64,000 nucleotides of DNA from Eledone cirrhosa (taxonomy: Eukaryota). The DNA lies in assembly GCA_964016885.1 (NCBI GenBank), contig OZ024740.1, forward strand, positions 102,672,001-102,736,000, read 5' to 3'. The position numbers and the translations under genes are program-made. The notes below the pieces were generated by a model. It did no database searches and was not told where the DNA came from. It worked only from the letters and a program-made list of their open reading frames with translations. Position 1 is the stretch's first letter. Each line of letters begins with the position of its first letter. This document shows, piece by piece, positions 1 through 12,942 of this stretch.

Positions 1-344
1 AGACCACACATTTTCAATTCAATTTGTTTATTCCGACCACTTTATATAAACAAAACAAAAAATAATGGTAGAAACAACAGCAAAATTTCAGGAATATCTT
101 TTTTAAGCAAGGAAAAATAGGAAAATATTTTGAAAAAGTATTGCAAGTATGAATGAATTTTGCAAAAAGGTTTTTGTTAAACATAAACAACTTTGACAGA
201 GCCAATTAGCAATGTATAACAACCCTAGAGGCAAGAGAAAATCAAACAGAACACACCAAGATGAACATTATTATAAAATTGGATTTATGCAAGTATACAC
301 AGCTGCTCAACCCTTTCAATTGCACCTTATTGTCTTAAAAGACA

Positions 345-420
345 GCTGGGTGCAATTTGAAGGAGATTTGGCTGTTCTGTCTAGCAGGTCTAGCCACACT
401 CTAGAAGCTCCCTTATTGAT
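345..420 (+). repeat. Old dispersed repeat (probable SINE relic); related copies at ~735-810, ~905-960, ~2375-2455
   Basis: Recurrent degenerate motif GGGTG(t/c)(g/a)ATTTG..GAGATTTGGCTGCT.TTTCTA.CAGG. Confidence 0.6.
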
Positions 421-455
421 TCAAAATGAATGGTGTATATTCCAGCTCTTTACAT

Positions 456-580
456 TCTGAGTTCAAATCCTGCCGAGGTCCACTTTACCTTTCATTTTTC
501 AGGATTGATAAAATAAAGAATTGGGGGTTGATATAATCAACATTCCCCTCAACTGGCCTTGTGCCTAAATTAAAAATCAT
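456..580 (+). mobile_element. tRNA-derived SINE, Meta/MESC-domain-like, degenerate
   Basis: B-box GAGTTCAAATCC followed by ACTTT.CCTTTCAT...GATAAAATAAAG; matches copies at 3792, 62208, 63848. Confidence 0.75.
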
Positions 581-2021
581 TTATGGTGGTGGTGGTCGTC
601 GTATATATTGCATGGTATTGATAGTGATGCTGCATTGTTTCTGATGCAGAAAACCTCAAGTCAAAATGTTTCTATTGTGTCCATCTTGTCTTTTATTCAA
701 ACACATCTACTTCTAATGAGTCCTACTTTTTTAAGAGTGTAGGGTGTGATTTGTGAGAGATTTGGCTGCTTTATCTAACAGGATGAGTAACTGCAAAGTG
801 GCTCCAATGTAGACCTGTAGTGTATGGTAATTGATCTTTTTAATGGTTTAGCTATAACCCATGACCTTCATAGGGTCTCTGAGACTAATATAATTGATAG
901 AGCCAATGTTTTGGCTGCTATTTCTGACATGATGAACAACCATGTGTAGGGTCTCGCTTTGAAACGTAGTCATAGGGAGATAGTAACTTTGCTGATTGCT
1001 ATGATTGCTATGAATTATTTAGTTTGATGGTATATTGATTTCTGTTAGGTTTACTACAATTTACGAATAAAACTAATAAACGTTTCTAAAACATCTATTA
1101 ATGTAGGTCACATATCTTTAAAGTAAGCCATTATCATTTAAAGAGAGGAAAATTATCAATGACTCTTGCAATGACTCTCAATTGTTGATCCTATGCTCAA
1201 GTAATACCCATACTGAAAGTATTGTTCATATATCTGGAACAGTGGAACAACTACTACTCACACAAAAATCATAGACCTCATTTTTTTTTACATCCATCAA
1301 TTGCTTGTTGAACATACTATATAACCATTGTCCAGGGTGGGATTAAAGCAACTACAGGGGCTGGGCTAGAAAATATCTAGCTACTCTCCCACAGAATCTA
1401 CTTGCAAGAAATAGAATGAAAATCAAAAGTACATGAATATCAACTGACACAGAACAATCCTGAGACTTCAGCATCCATCCATGTCAACCTCTAAAACAGA
1501 AGTAACACCAAAAGAAAAAGAAATGGTTTTTAAAACAATTATGATATTCTAAATTTTAACAAAAAAATGTATTTCATAGCTATGAGGATGTGTCAACGTG
1601 GAGTATGAGGTTCTGGGCTACAGTCCACATACTTCATATATAAATCCAGTATCATAACTGGCTTATAGACATGCTGTTTCCTATTTCTGACTCTTCTATA
1701 ACTACTTTGACCTCTGCTTCTCTGAGCCAGCTTGCTGAATAATTCCCTCCATTCAGACTTACCTTAACCTACATATCTTTCCTTCTCCCATCATTCCATC
1801 ATCAATACTAATAATAATCATTATTGGTTGCCAGCTCATGGTATCTTATACAGAAATAATCAATATGTATGTGACAGTTGTTATTAATTGATAATCAAAC
1901 AGTATTTATATGCTCCATTATAAAGATTTATGGTGTTTAAATGAAATGTGATATTTTTCCATACCAAAATTATGACTTTTTTCAGATACATTTTTATCTT
2001 GTGACTTTGTTAATGCTTATG

Positions 2022-2171
2022 ACATGAGCTTCACACTCTCCTGACTCTTCTGACTAATTAACAAAGTAAAAAATAATATGCTTAACATGGCCTACTATCT
2101 CAGTGTTTTGGTATATTTATTTTTTACTTTGTTAATTAGTCAGAAGAGTCAGGAGGGTGTGAAGTTCATGT
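2022..2171. repeat. Near-perfect inverted repeat / fold-back MITE-like element
   Basis: ~54-bp arm ACATGAGCTTCACACTCTCCTGACTCTTCTGACTAATTAACAAAGTAAAAAATAA and its reverse complement at 2117-2171, ~40-bp spacer. Confidence 0.85.
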
Positions 2172-2189
2172 GATAATGAAATAAATAGA

Positions 2190-2270
2190 ACTCAGTGGGA
2201 TTTGAATTCAGAATATAAAGGGATGCAACTCTATTCTGAAAAATGTTGTCCGACACTCTACCGATACTAA
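2190..2270 (-). mobile_element. Head fragment of the same tRNA-SINE family
   Basis: Minus strand GTATCGGTAGAGTGTCGGAC...TTCTGAATTCAAATCCCACTGAG resembles the head at 63855-63935. Confidence 0.55.
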
Positions 2271-2964
2271 TAATATGCATCAATACTGACTAATGCTATT
2301 TAACCACATGTGTGTTTGATCACAGGAAGAAATACTGAAAAGACTTATGACCAAAGGCATTGCTTTTTTAAGTCAGTAGGGTGTGCTTTGTAGATATTTG
2401 TCTGCTATTTCTAACAGGTCGAGTGACCATATAGAAGCCCCTTCATTGACTTGCAGAAGAGTTGTTGTTGTTTAGGTGGATTGTAGAATCAATAGAGTTT
2501 CCAATAAAATAAATTGACATATTTAATTATATCTTTGTTTTCAGTTCAAATCTACCAAGCAAACTTAATAAAGCACCAGTGACTGATTAAATCGATTATA
2601 ATACCCACAAACCCCTGAAATATGTTATCTGGAGAAAAATCAATATTGAGTATAAAAAAGTCATTGTTGAGTATTATTACTACTATTTTCATCTCTATTT
2701 TCATTATACAAAGAAACATTACAATCTACCTTGCCTTACATCACACTTGTTCAAATTTGCCAACAAATTTGCTATCCTGCTTCTTTGGGAGGGTGAATAC
2801 CATCAACCACGTAGTCTATAATTAATTACCCTTTGGTGACTATTTTTCTTTTGTTTTACAATTTATATAATGTTTAGGATTTACAAAAGAAACAAATCAA
2901 TAAAAAGAATCAGAAAGAAAAGAAAAGACATACACACTACAGCAAGAAATACTGGCATTACACT

Positions 2965-3490
2965 GTAAAACCTTTTAACACAAGCCAGGACACTCATGGC
3001 ATTACTGCAAGTGTTAGAAGAGTAAAGCACTCTGATAAGCATCACTGATACTTCAGTAAGACATGCTGTCAATGATGATAAAAACTTCATTGTCAGCAGT
3101 CCGCCACCTCCAAAGATCTTCAATACCAGACTGGAAAATGTAATTTTTAGTTGTCTATTCCATTTGGCTATGGATGCAGTGACCCCTAGCTTATGCAACA
3201 TCTAGGATAAGAGAAGGAGCTAAAAACTTGCAGACAGTGGTGTCCCATATGAAGCATCCACTTCTAAGATGAGAACAATGGCAAAGACCATCAAGCCTCC
3301 TCCCATTTACACTGGGCAATCTGGCTGGCTTCAGAATAGAGGGAATATTGATTCAATTTTATGATTGGGTATGGTGAGCAAAGCAACCTACATTTAGTCG
3401 ATATGACAATCAATAGAGACTCTCCAACTCCAGAATTAAGGGGCTTGCCAAATCAACATTTAAATTCCCTGCAGACATTGACCCATATAG
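2965..3490 (-). mobile_element. Degenerate CRE-like (restriction-like endonuclease) non-LTR retrotransposon, 3' part
   Basis: Minus strand encodes LKPARLPSVNGRRLDGL and ends AATGCCATGAGTGTCCTGGCTTGTGTTAAAAGG, homologous to 60940-61325 and 63075-63660. Confidence 0.65.
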
Positions 3491-3614
3491 GTTGCTGCTA
3501 ATCTTGTTTAAATTTTTGTGCACATCTGTCAATTAACATTATTTTTGCTAGTTGGCTTTCAAGATCATATCCACTCCAATCTGCATTATCTCCATTTGTG
3601 TTTCTCAAACTCAG

Positions 3615-3681
3615 ATAAAAACTACAGTGGCACAGCGAGGGAGCTCATTGTCCCATGACAAGTACCTCCTTCTTCTTGATG
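3615..3681 (+). CDS. Candidate host internal exon (IKTTVAQRGSSLSHDKYLLLLD)
   Basis: Pyrimidine-rich acceptor ttgtgtttctcaaactcAG, perfect donor G|GTAAGT, one open frame, non-repetitive context. Confidence 0.35.
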
Positions 3682-3791
3682 GTAAGTAAATCATCTCACT
3701 TTATATAGGGGAGTATATCCAAAGTAGAAAAAAAAATCAAGATCCACACTAGTTCTTTGATCTACACATTTTTTTTTGTATTTTGCTCAGT

Positions 3792-3910
3792 CTGAGTTCA
3801 AATCCCGTCGAGGTTAACTTTGCCTTTCATCCTTACGGGGTCGATAAAATAAAGTACCAGTAATGCACTGGGTAATTGCTGGCCTTGTGCCAAAAAGTAG
3901 AAACAATTAT
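3792..3910 (+). mobile_element. tRNA-derived SINE (Meta/MESC-like), 5'-truncated
   Basis: CTGAGTTCAAATCCCGTCGAGGTTAACTTTGCCTTTCATCCTTACGGGGTCGATAAAATAAAGTACCAG. Confidence 0.85.
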
Positions 3911-3914
3911 TAAC

Positions 3915-6842
3915 TTGCACATTGAGGGTTAGAGAGGGCCCTTGAGTTTAGTAAGACATCCTCTCTAGTGCTGGTGGCACAATTAAAAGCACCCAGTCCA
4001 TGCTGTAAAGTGGTGCTGGTGTTAGGAAGGGCATCCAACAAGTGTATCAATGCCAAAACGATTATCAGCACAGCAACAAGATAGGAACAACAAAATATGA
4101 AGATGTCGCATCTCAGAGTTGCAACACTTAATGTTGGCACTCTCAGAGGTAGATTTGCTGAAATAGCGGAGATGCTGGAGAGAAGGCATGTGGATGTGTG
4201 CTGCGTGCAAGAGGTGAGATGGAGAGGTGCCTCTGCGAGACTAGTCGTAGGCAAACATCTTAGCTATAAGATTTTCTGGGTAGGTAAGGATGATGGGTTA
4301 GGAGGAGTAGGCATTTTCCTGGCTGAGAGATGGATCAATAAGACAATAGAGGTAGTTCCAGTTAGTGATCGAATAATTAAGCTTAGATTAGTTGTAGGCA
4401 GGAGACTACTGACAATCATCTCTGCCTATGCTCCACAAGCAGGCCTAAGCAAAAAGAAAGACTGCTTTTGCGAGCAACTTTTACAAACAACCGCAATGAC
4501 AGAGGATGGAGACATCATTATGCTAGCAGGGGACTTCAATGGTCATGTTGGGCAGCTCCAGGATGGTTACACTGGGGTACATGGTGGGCACAGTTACGGC
4601 TCAAGAAATGAAGAAGGAGTGAGACTTCTTGAATTTTGTGATGCAAGTACACTGACTATTTGCAACACCAACTTCCAGAAACCTGCCAACCACCTAATAA
4701 CCTACAAATCTGGCGAGCACATAAGCCAGATTGACTTGTTACTAGTTAGGCAGAGGGACAGGCAGATAGTGTCTAATACTAAGGCATACCCTGGGGAAGA
4801 ATGTACCCCACAGCATAGGTTAGTCGTTAGTGATATCTCAGTAAGCAAGAGATGGAATGAGACATACAGGAAGGTGTGGAGAAGAAAGGCCTGGAAGCTA
4901 AAAGACCTTTCACTAAAATACAATTTAGGAAAGCCCTTCAAAATGTGTATGACGAAAAAGAAGATGATTTAGAGACGTATGACATAGATAATAACTGGAA
5001 TTTCTTACGTGACAACTTACTGCAGGCTACTGATGAAACTTGTGGCTGGAGCAGAGCTCCAACCAAACAGAGAATGACCTGGTGGTGGAACAGCACAGTA
5101 GATAAGGCCATTAGAGACAAAAGACTAGCATGAAAGGCTTGGGAAAAGGGTGGGAGTAGGGAAGGATATACAGCCGCTAAGAGAGAAGCTAGACGTCAGG
5201 TGTACTTAGCACGCAGGGAGGCTGAGAGTAGAAGGTTTGCCAATGTTCTGCGATGGGAAGATCAGAGGCGTGCAGTGTTCCCCATTGCAAGGCAGTGTGT
5301 CAATGCAAATCAGGATGTTGTTGGAGATAAATGTGTCTGGAATGATGCCGGTGTACTTAGTGTCACGAATGATCAGAAAAAGGAGGCCTGGAAATGTCAT
5401 TATGAGAGACTGATGAATGTGGAGAACGAATGGGAGAGAGAGAAATTACCCTCAGTAGATCCGACAGAGGGACCAGCTATTGAGATTGATGAATATAGGG
5501 TCCAAGAGGCGATTAAGGAAATGAAAAATGGTAAGGCTGCTGGACCATCGGGGATAGTTGCTGAGATGCTGAAGGCATCAGGGGACGTAGGCACTAAACT
5601 GGTTGCACGCATCATCAATCAGGCTATATATCGTGGTGTCATACCCAAAGACTGGTGCAGCAGTATTCTCATAAATTGCTACAAAGGTAAAAGGGATGCT
5701 CTGGAGAGGAGAAATTATAGGGGTATAAAACTGATAGATCAGGTTATGAAAGTGGCAGAAAGGATATTAGCACAACTAATTAGAGAAAGGGTCAAACTAG
5801 ATGAGATGCAGTTTGGTTTTGTGCCTGGGAAGTGTACAACAGATGCTCTCTTCTTGGTGAGACAATTACAAGAGAGGTTCTTAGAGAAAAATAAGTCACT
5901 ATACTTAGCCTTTGTTGACCTAGAGAAGGCCTTTGATAGGGTACCCCGATCTGTCATCTGGTGGTCCCTAAGGTGTTGAGGAATGGCTTATGAGGACAGT
6001 GCAAACTTTGTACAGAGGTATTGTCAGTAAATTCAGAGTAGGAATGGAGTTTAGTGAGGAATTCCAGGTACAAGTAGGAGTACATCAAGGTTCGGTCCTC
6101 AGCCCACTCTTGTTCATTATAGCCCTCCAAGCCGTAACAGAGGAATTTAAGACTGGCTGTCCATGGGAACTTCTCTATGCTGATGATCTGGTTCTTATAG
6201 CAGAATCAGTAGAGGAGCTAGATAATAAATTCTGGCTATGGAAACAGCAGTTGGAAGCAAGAGGACTGAGAGTGAACTTAGCTAAGACAAAAGTGTTGAT
6301 GAGTAGAAAAGAGGACAAAACTCTGATTCCGTCAGGGAAATGGCCATGTTTGATATGCAGAAAAGGAACTGGCATAAATTCTATAAAATGCACACAATGC
6401 AGATCCTGGGTACACAAGAGATGTAGCAGGATAGCAGGCAAACTAACAGGTAGGGAGAAATACGTATGCAGTAGATGTACAGGGAAATTAGACAGTAGAA
6501 GTCGCATTGATACATACATTTTTCAAATGCAGGCGGGTGCTATATAAGTACTGGATAGCTTCCGGTACCTAGGAGATCAGATTAGCATGTTAGGGGGGGG
6601 GGGGGTCCGAGGCTATAGTATTTAGAATAAGGATGGGTTGGAAGAAGTTTAGGGAGCTGCTTCCTTTGCTGATGAAGAAGGGTTTCTCCCTGCATACGAA
6701 AGGCTGGTTATATGATGCCTGTGTGAGGAGCGCGATGCTGCATGGTAGTGAGACATGGGCAGCAACTGCAGAGGATATGCGACGGCTGGAGAGAAATGAG
6801 GCAAGCATGCTCCGTTGGATGTACAGTGTCAATGTGCGTGAA
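3915..6842 (+). mobile_element. RTE-clade LINE family A, with 5' UTR, frameshifted, 3' end missing
   Basis: APE motifs (TLNVGTL, VQEVRW, SAYAPQ, GDFNGHVG, QID, PQHRLV) in 4097-4972; RT motifs ([31 protein letters not shown]) in 5200-6547; LHGSETW at 6633-6840; stops and frameshifts. Confidence 0.95.
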
Positions 6843-7845
6843 TATACCCATCTTTCTACCTTATTTCAGTATATTATATTATACAATTTACTAGTCGTTA
6901 GCGGTCCCCTATTTTTCTTCTTTTTTATCCTTTTTTCCTTTCTTTCTTTTTTCTTTTTTAATTTCTAATCTTTAATCTGTAACTTTTACTTCTCAATTAC
7001 TTCTTAATTCATATTATTACTCACTATAACATTTTCCTTATATTCTTGGCCATACAAACTATATTTTTAATATATACTAATATTACCATTAATAAATTTT
7101 GTAAACATATATATATTTTTTTTGACGTTATATTTTTTCTTCCTTGAATTTTCTTCTTTCCTTCCGTGCTCGTATTAAACCTATTATTTACTTTTTCATA
7201 TTACAATACATAAAAACAAACTTAAACCCTAACTAATTCCTTTAAGTTCATAATTCATTTAATCTCTTCTTCATTCACCTTATATCCTTAATATTTTAAT
7301 TTTAATAATACATATTAATAAATTCTTTTTCGCACATATTATTAAACTCTTCAATATATAAACCTTAAATAAATACTATTCTTAATTCCTTTTTCTTTAA
7401 TCATAAACATCACCATTCATTAACCTCATTAACTTTTAATTTCAAATTTTTTTAAATTATGTATTATCTTACAACGGTTTTTTTTTATTTTCTCTGTGAG
7501 ACAGTGTTTCTCAGTATTAAAGGCTATCTCTCTCTCTCTCACTCATTTCTCCTCCTCTCTCATCCTTCCTTCTTATACTCCTCCTCCGTCATTCTTTATT
7601 TTCTTTCTTCCTCTTCCTTACCTTTACCTCCTCCTCCTTTTTTTCCCCCAATTTCATATATCCATCTTACTTTATTTTTTCATATGTTGATTTAACACTG
7701 CACTGCTCGCAAGTGTTTTTTAAGCTTCATATCATGTCTCCCTATTTTATCTGATGAGAACGCAAATATTATCCCATGATATTTGTTTTTGAAATGCGCA
7801 TAATAAAATACATGGAACTCTTTTAACCATCTTTTGATCTTATAT

Positions 7846-7850
<5 letters not shown>
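6843..7850 (+). mobile_element. Penelope-like element family 1, 3' UTR/pseudo-LTR
   Basis: 7680-7845 is homologous to the reverse complement of 12935-13105, which lies downstream of a GIY-YIG ORF; contains a hammerhead; ends in (TA)n. Confidence 0.75.
7743..7810 (+). ncRNA. Type I hammerhead ribozyme, family 1
   Basis: TATTTTAT-CTGATGA-stem II (CAAATAT/ATATTTG)-GAAA-TGCGCA (palindromic helix III)-TA-ATAAAATA. Confidence 0.85.
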
Positions 7851-7926
<76 letters not shown>

Positions 7927-8238
7927 AGAAAATACATAAATATTATATATATATGAAAATAAAAAGGTGGAAGGGGTAAACAAATAGTTGGGAATTCGAC
8001 AAATAATAAATAAATAAATAAATAGATAAAGACATAAATGTTTATAGCTGATTTAGAGCACTCAACAAGAAAATAATCAATGAAAATAAACATTAAATCA
8101 CTCTGTATGTAATTATGCATATACATACACATATATATATACACACACACACACACGCAACCATACAAATATATATACATATATATATAGGAAAAAGTAT
8201 GACCACGACGGCAGAGCTCAAGCCGTTTCGACGGCTAT

Positions 8239-8276
<38 letters not shown>

Positions 8277-8299
8277 TAAATACATATATATACACACAC

Positions 8300-8361
8300 A
8301 CACACATATATACAAAAAGTTATGTCACCACCTTAATAAAAATACACACACACACATATAA

Positions 8362-8396
<35 letters not shown>

Positions 8397-9297
8397 CACA
8401 TACATACAGATATATATAATTATATACACATATATATATACATATATACACAACACATATACACACACAGAAATAAATATCAATAAATAAAAAGTATGGG
8501 TATGTAAAGGGTAAGGTAGAAAGTAGGGGGGAATAAGGAAAATAAATAACATAGGAAAAAGTTTAAATATAAGGGGAGATAAGGGAGAAAAAGAATATAA
8601 GGGTACAGAAAGTGAGTTCAGAGAGTAATAAAAATCGTAGTGGATGTAAGGCGTAAAGAGCAGAGAAGAAGTTCAAGGTGGTTGAGTCATCGTAGGAATG
8701 TCAATCCAGTTACAGAGCAGATGTGATTTCAGGTGAGGACAACATCTGAAGATTTCGGTCTTGGAGTTCAGGCAAGTTGAAGTGGCTTTCACGTTTTGTA
8801 GAATTCTAAATTTTTCAGTGGTACACAAAGAACAATTCTTTGTGCCCCTTTGGTATTCCCTCGAATGGTCTAAAATAGAGTACGGGATGTTTTTATCTTT
8901 GAATTTCCACACCTTATTTGCGAGAGCCGTTGCTGTTCTTTTATCAGAGTGTTTAAAAGAAGCGACATGTGCATAAAACCTGGTTTTGAACCTGTCCTGA
9001 GTCATGCCAACATATCGTTCACTCCTGGCTGGCTGGCTGGTTGTTAATCAAAGGTGTCACTTTTGCCTCATATACAACGGATTTGGTATTACATTTGCTC
9101 TGTAATGGGCATTCATCCGGCTTCCTGCAACTGCATCCTGGATTTATTCTCGTACGATTAGAATTGGTGGTTTTAGACTTCATTGATGGGCAGCAAGAGT
9201 AACTGATTTTAACTACATTTCTATTAAATATCGTATAATATCTATGATTATGGGGAAAATGTTTGTCTAAGAGGTCAAGGAATTTCCTTCCTACATT
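8300..9297 (-). mobile_element. Penelope-like element fragment: RT-EN linker, GIY-YIG endonuclease and 3' UTR
   Basis: NVGRKFLDLLDKHFPHNHRYYTIFNRNVVKISYSCCP; CSCRKPDECPL; YVGMTQDRFKTRFYAH; CSLCTTEK; LNSKTEIFRCCPH (8673-9005). Confidence 0.9.
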
Positions 9298-9519
9298 AAT
9301 TATTAATTAATTATTCTAGAACCTTCCTGCATCTCGCTCCCTAACTTCGTAATCACTTTGCTCTTTCTCACATACCCCTCCCCCCGCCCCCGCCTGATCG
9401 CAGATATAAAATACATCTTGCTGTTTCCCAAGGACAGAATTTATCTATCTAAATTATCTTACGGACGACCTGTTGATTTTGAGAATGTAACCATTGTCTT
9501 CCATATTCCACAGTCTTCC

Positions 9520-9598
9520 AATCTTGCCTCAAGTGGGAAAATTCCCGTCCAAACCCATGCAAGCGTGGAAGATGGACGTTAAACGATGATGATGATGA
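9520..9598 (+). mobile_element. RTE family B 3' terminal fragment
   Basis: TCTTGCCTCAAGTGGG..CCCGTCCAAACCCATGCAAGCGTGG..GGACGTTAAA(GAT)n. Confidence 0.85.
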
Positions 9599-10014
9599 TA
9601 TATACATATACAATATATATATATATACATATACAATATATATATACATATACAATATATATATACATATACAATATATATATATACATATACAATATAT
9701 AATATATATATACAATATATATATATATATATACAATATATATATATATACACATATACATATATATATATCATCATCATAGTTTAACGTCTATCTTCCA
9801 GACTTCAACAATAACAACACTTAAAATGAGGAATGTTCTAACAACTGACCAATGAGAGAAGAGGCCCTTTGACACTGAAATTCGTTTGTTTGAATTCATA
9901 TGATTCCAGTTCCTCAGTGAAATAACAACCCAACCAGGAACTGGGCATATCAGAGTATTGACAATATTATACACCTCAACAACATCTGTACTTGTCTATA
10001 CCACACTAATTCGG

Positions 10015-10069
10015 ACTGCCTGAAGAGGTCACAGCCAAAGATGGCTGTCACTGAAATATATATAGCAGT
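10015..10069 (+). ncRNA. Type I hammerhead ribozyme, family 4
   Basis: ACTGC-CTGAAGA-GGT.ACAGCC/GGCTGT.ACT-GAAA-TATATA-TA-GCAGT, followed by AATAAA. Confidence 0.9.
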
Positions 10070-10120
10070 AATAAACGAAGATAAATTTTAAACATTTGAC
10101 TTTTTATTTAACTTTATTTT

Positions 10121-10185
<65 letters not shown>

Positions 10186-10232
10186 TATATATACAATATA
10201 TATATATATATATATATAATATATATATATAT

Positions 10233-10269
<37 letters not shown>

Positions 10270-10312
10270 TATATATACAATATATATATATATATATAAT
10301 ATATATATATAT

Positions 10313-10378
<66 letters not shown>

Positions 10379-10425
10379 TATATATATACAATATATATAT
10401 ATATATATATAATATATATATATAT

Positions 10426-10512
<87 letters not shown>

Positions 10513-10600
10513 ATATATATATATATACAATATATATATATATATATATAATATATATATATATACAATATATATATATATATATATAATATATATATAT

Positions 10601-10657
<57 letters not shown>

Positions 10658-10768
10658 TATATATACAATATATATATATATATATATAATATATATATAT
10701 ATACAATATATATATAATATATATATATATACAATATATATATATATATATATAATATATATATATAT

Positions 10769-10807
<39 letters not shown>

Positions 10808-10852
10808 TATATATACAATATATATATATATATATATAATATATATATATAT

Positions 10853-10889
<37 letters not shown>

Positions 10890-10930
10890 TATATATACAA
10901 TATATATATATATATAATATATATATATAT

Positions 10931-10967
<37 letters not shown>

Positions 10968-10972
10968 TATAT

Positions 10973-11019
<47 letters not shown>

Positions 11020-11062
11020 TATATATACAATATATATATATATATATAATATATATATATAT

Positions 11063-11099
<37 letters not shown>

Positions 11100-11157
11100 T
11101 ATATATACAATATATATATATATACAATATATATATATATATAATATATATATATAT

Positions 11158-11202
<45 letters not shown>

Positions 11203-11209
11203 TATATAT

Positions 11210-11255
<46 letters not shown>

Positions 11256-11286
11256 ATATATATATACATACAATATATATTATATA
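10121..11286 (+). repeat. (TA)n array with alternating TAA/CAA interruptions
   Basis: Direct reading; recurrent unit TAATATATATATATATACAA plus a variable (TA)n run. Confidence 0.98.
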
Positions 11287-11552
11287 TTGTTTCCTTGAGC
11301 AAGACACTTTATTTCACATTGCTCCAGTTTACTTAGCTGTAGAAATGAGATGATAGAGACTGGCGTCCATATCATTCCACTGCAAACTGGTCGTGGAGGT
11401 GCCACGGCAAAAAAGCACCCAGCACTCACTGTAAATGAGGTTGGTGTTAGGAAGGGCATCCAGCTGTAGAAATCAAGCCAGAATCAGTTCCCGTCCCAAC
11501 CTTGCAAGCAGGGAAAATGCGTACATAAAATGAAATGATGATGAAATGATGA
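11287..11552 (+). mobile_element. RTE-partner SINE, 5'-truncated
   Basis: CORE-like CCTTGAGCAAGACACTT body and tail matching 53334-53672. Confidence 0.9.
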
Positions 11553-12162
11553 TATATACAATATATATGTATATATATATATACAATATATATATATATA
11601 TATACACAATATATATATTTTTTAACATGTCTATTGAGCACTCTTATTCGATATGTGATTTTCCACATTTTCCTGAATATTTTTCGCGGATATAGAGGTT
11701 ATCTCCCTTGCTGAATTCCATGTGCGTTTTCAGCTAGGGTTGTGCCTTTTTATTCGTTCGGACAAAAGCTCGTTGATAAAGTAATTCCTGTCCGCTGCTC
11801 CCTAGAAGTCCTATATATTTTTATGTGGGCTGATAGTGGGCGATTTAAGGATTTACAGAAACCCAAGAAGCTAGATTTACCATCTTTCTAGCGGGTCCGG
11901 GTAAGCTTTTTACATTCATATGATTTATTGATTTATTGATATTTTATCTGAGTGACCCGAATCTTCCAGATCGTAATTTTTCGGTCGTATGGTTGATTTT
12001 AGACATAATCTATGTGTGTTGGTATTTTAACGATAGTTATAGCTCTGATTTATCTGAATTATTGAGCCCTCTGCCACTCATATCGAATTTTGTTTATCGT
12101 GAACTCGTGCGCTGATTTTTCGATACTCGATTATTCTACTATATATATATATATATACAATA

Positions 12163-12818
12163 ATTAGAAATAAGAGGGATCAGATGTTGTTTACTAGAGA
12201 GAAGGCTACGTTGGTATGGTCACGTGATGCGCATGAAGGACGATAGCTGTATAACAAAGTGCAGGGCAATAAAGATAGACGGTAGCCACGGAATAGGCAG
12301 ACCCAGAAAAACCTGGGACGAGCTGATAAACTCCGACCTCACACACTTACACCTCACCAAGACAATGTCACTGGACCGAGACCTTTGGCGGTACTCAGTA
12401 ATAGAGAAGACCCGCCTTACCTAAATACAAAGTAAAACCTACTACAGTCAGTAGGCGTCTCTAACAAAATACACCCCCGTCCCACCCACCCCACCCCATC
12501 CACACCGCCCCCTTCTATGTAAAGTTATGTTGGTGCCACACCATCCAGGCCGAAACAAATGAGATCGTGTAGGTGTCACGACAAAAAAACACACAGTCCA
12601 CGCTGTAATGTGGCCGTGTAGGCAACACGGTAAAAACCTCCCAGACCCACACTGTAAATGTGGTTGGTGTTAGGAAGGGCATCCAACTGTAGAAAACCTG
12701 CCAGACAGTCCTATGCGAGCAAGACAATCACTCTTGCCTCAAGTGGGAAAACCCCCGTCCAAACCCATGCCAGCGTGGAACACGGACGTTAAACGTTGAT
12801 GATGATGATGATGATGAT
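12163..12818 (+). mobile_element. RTE family B 3' fragment
   Basis: RRLRWYGHVMR...GRPRKTW...EKTRLT*, 3' UTR and (GAT)n tail. Confidence 0.95.
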
Positions 12819-12875
12819 TATATATATATATATATATACAATATATATATATATATACAATATATATATATATAT

Positions 12876-12934
<59 letters not shown>

Positions 12935-12942
<8 letters not shown>

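Noticed and set aside
1332-1655. Old hAT-like MITE (CAGGGTGGGATTAA...TAAATCCAG)
   Set aside because: Terminal repeats too decayed and no target-site duplication seen.
11620-12140. Possible degenerate PLE endonuclease or hammerhead on the minus strand (KYIGL.., CTGAAAA..GAAA)
   Set aside because: Too degenerate; stems could not be formed convincingly.
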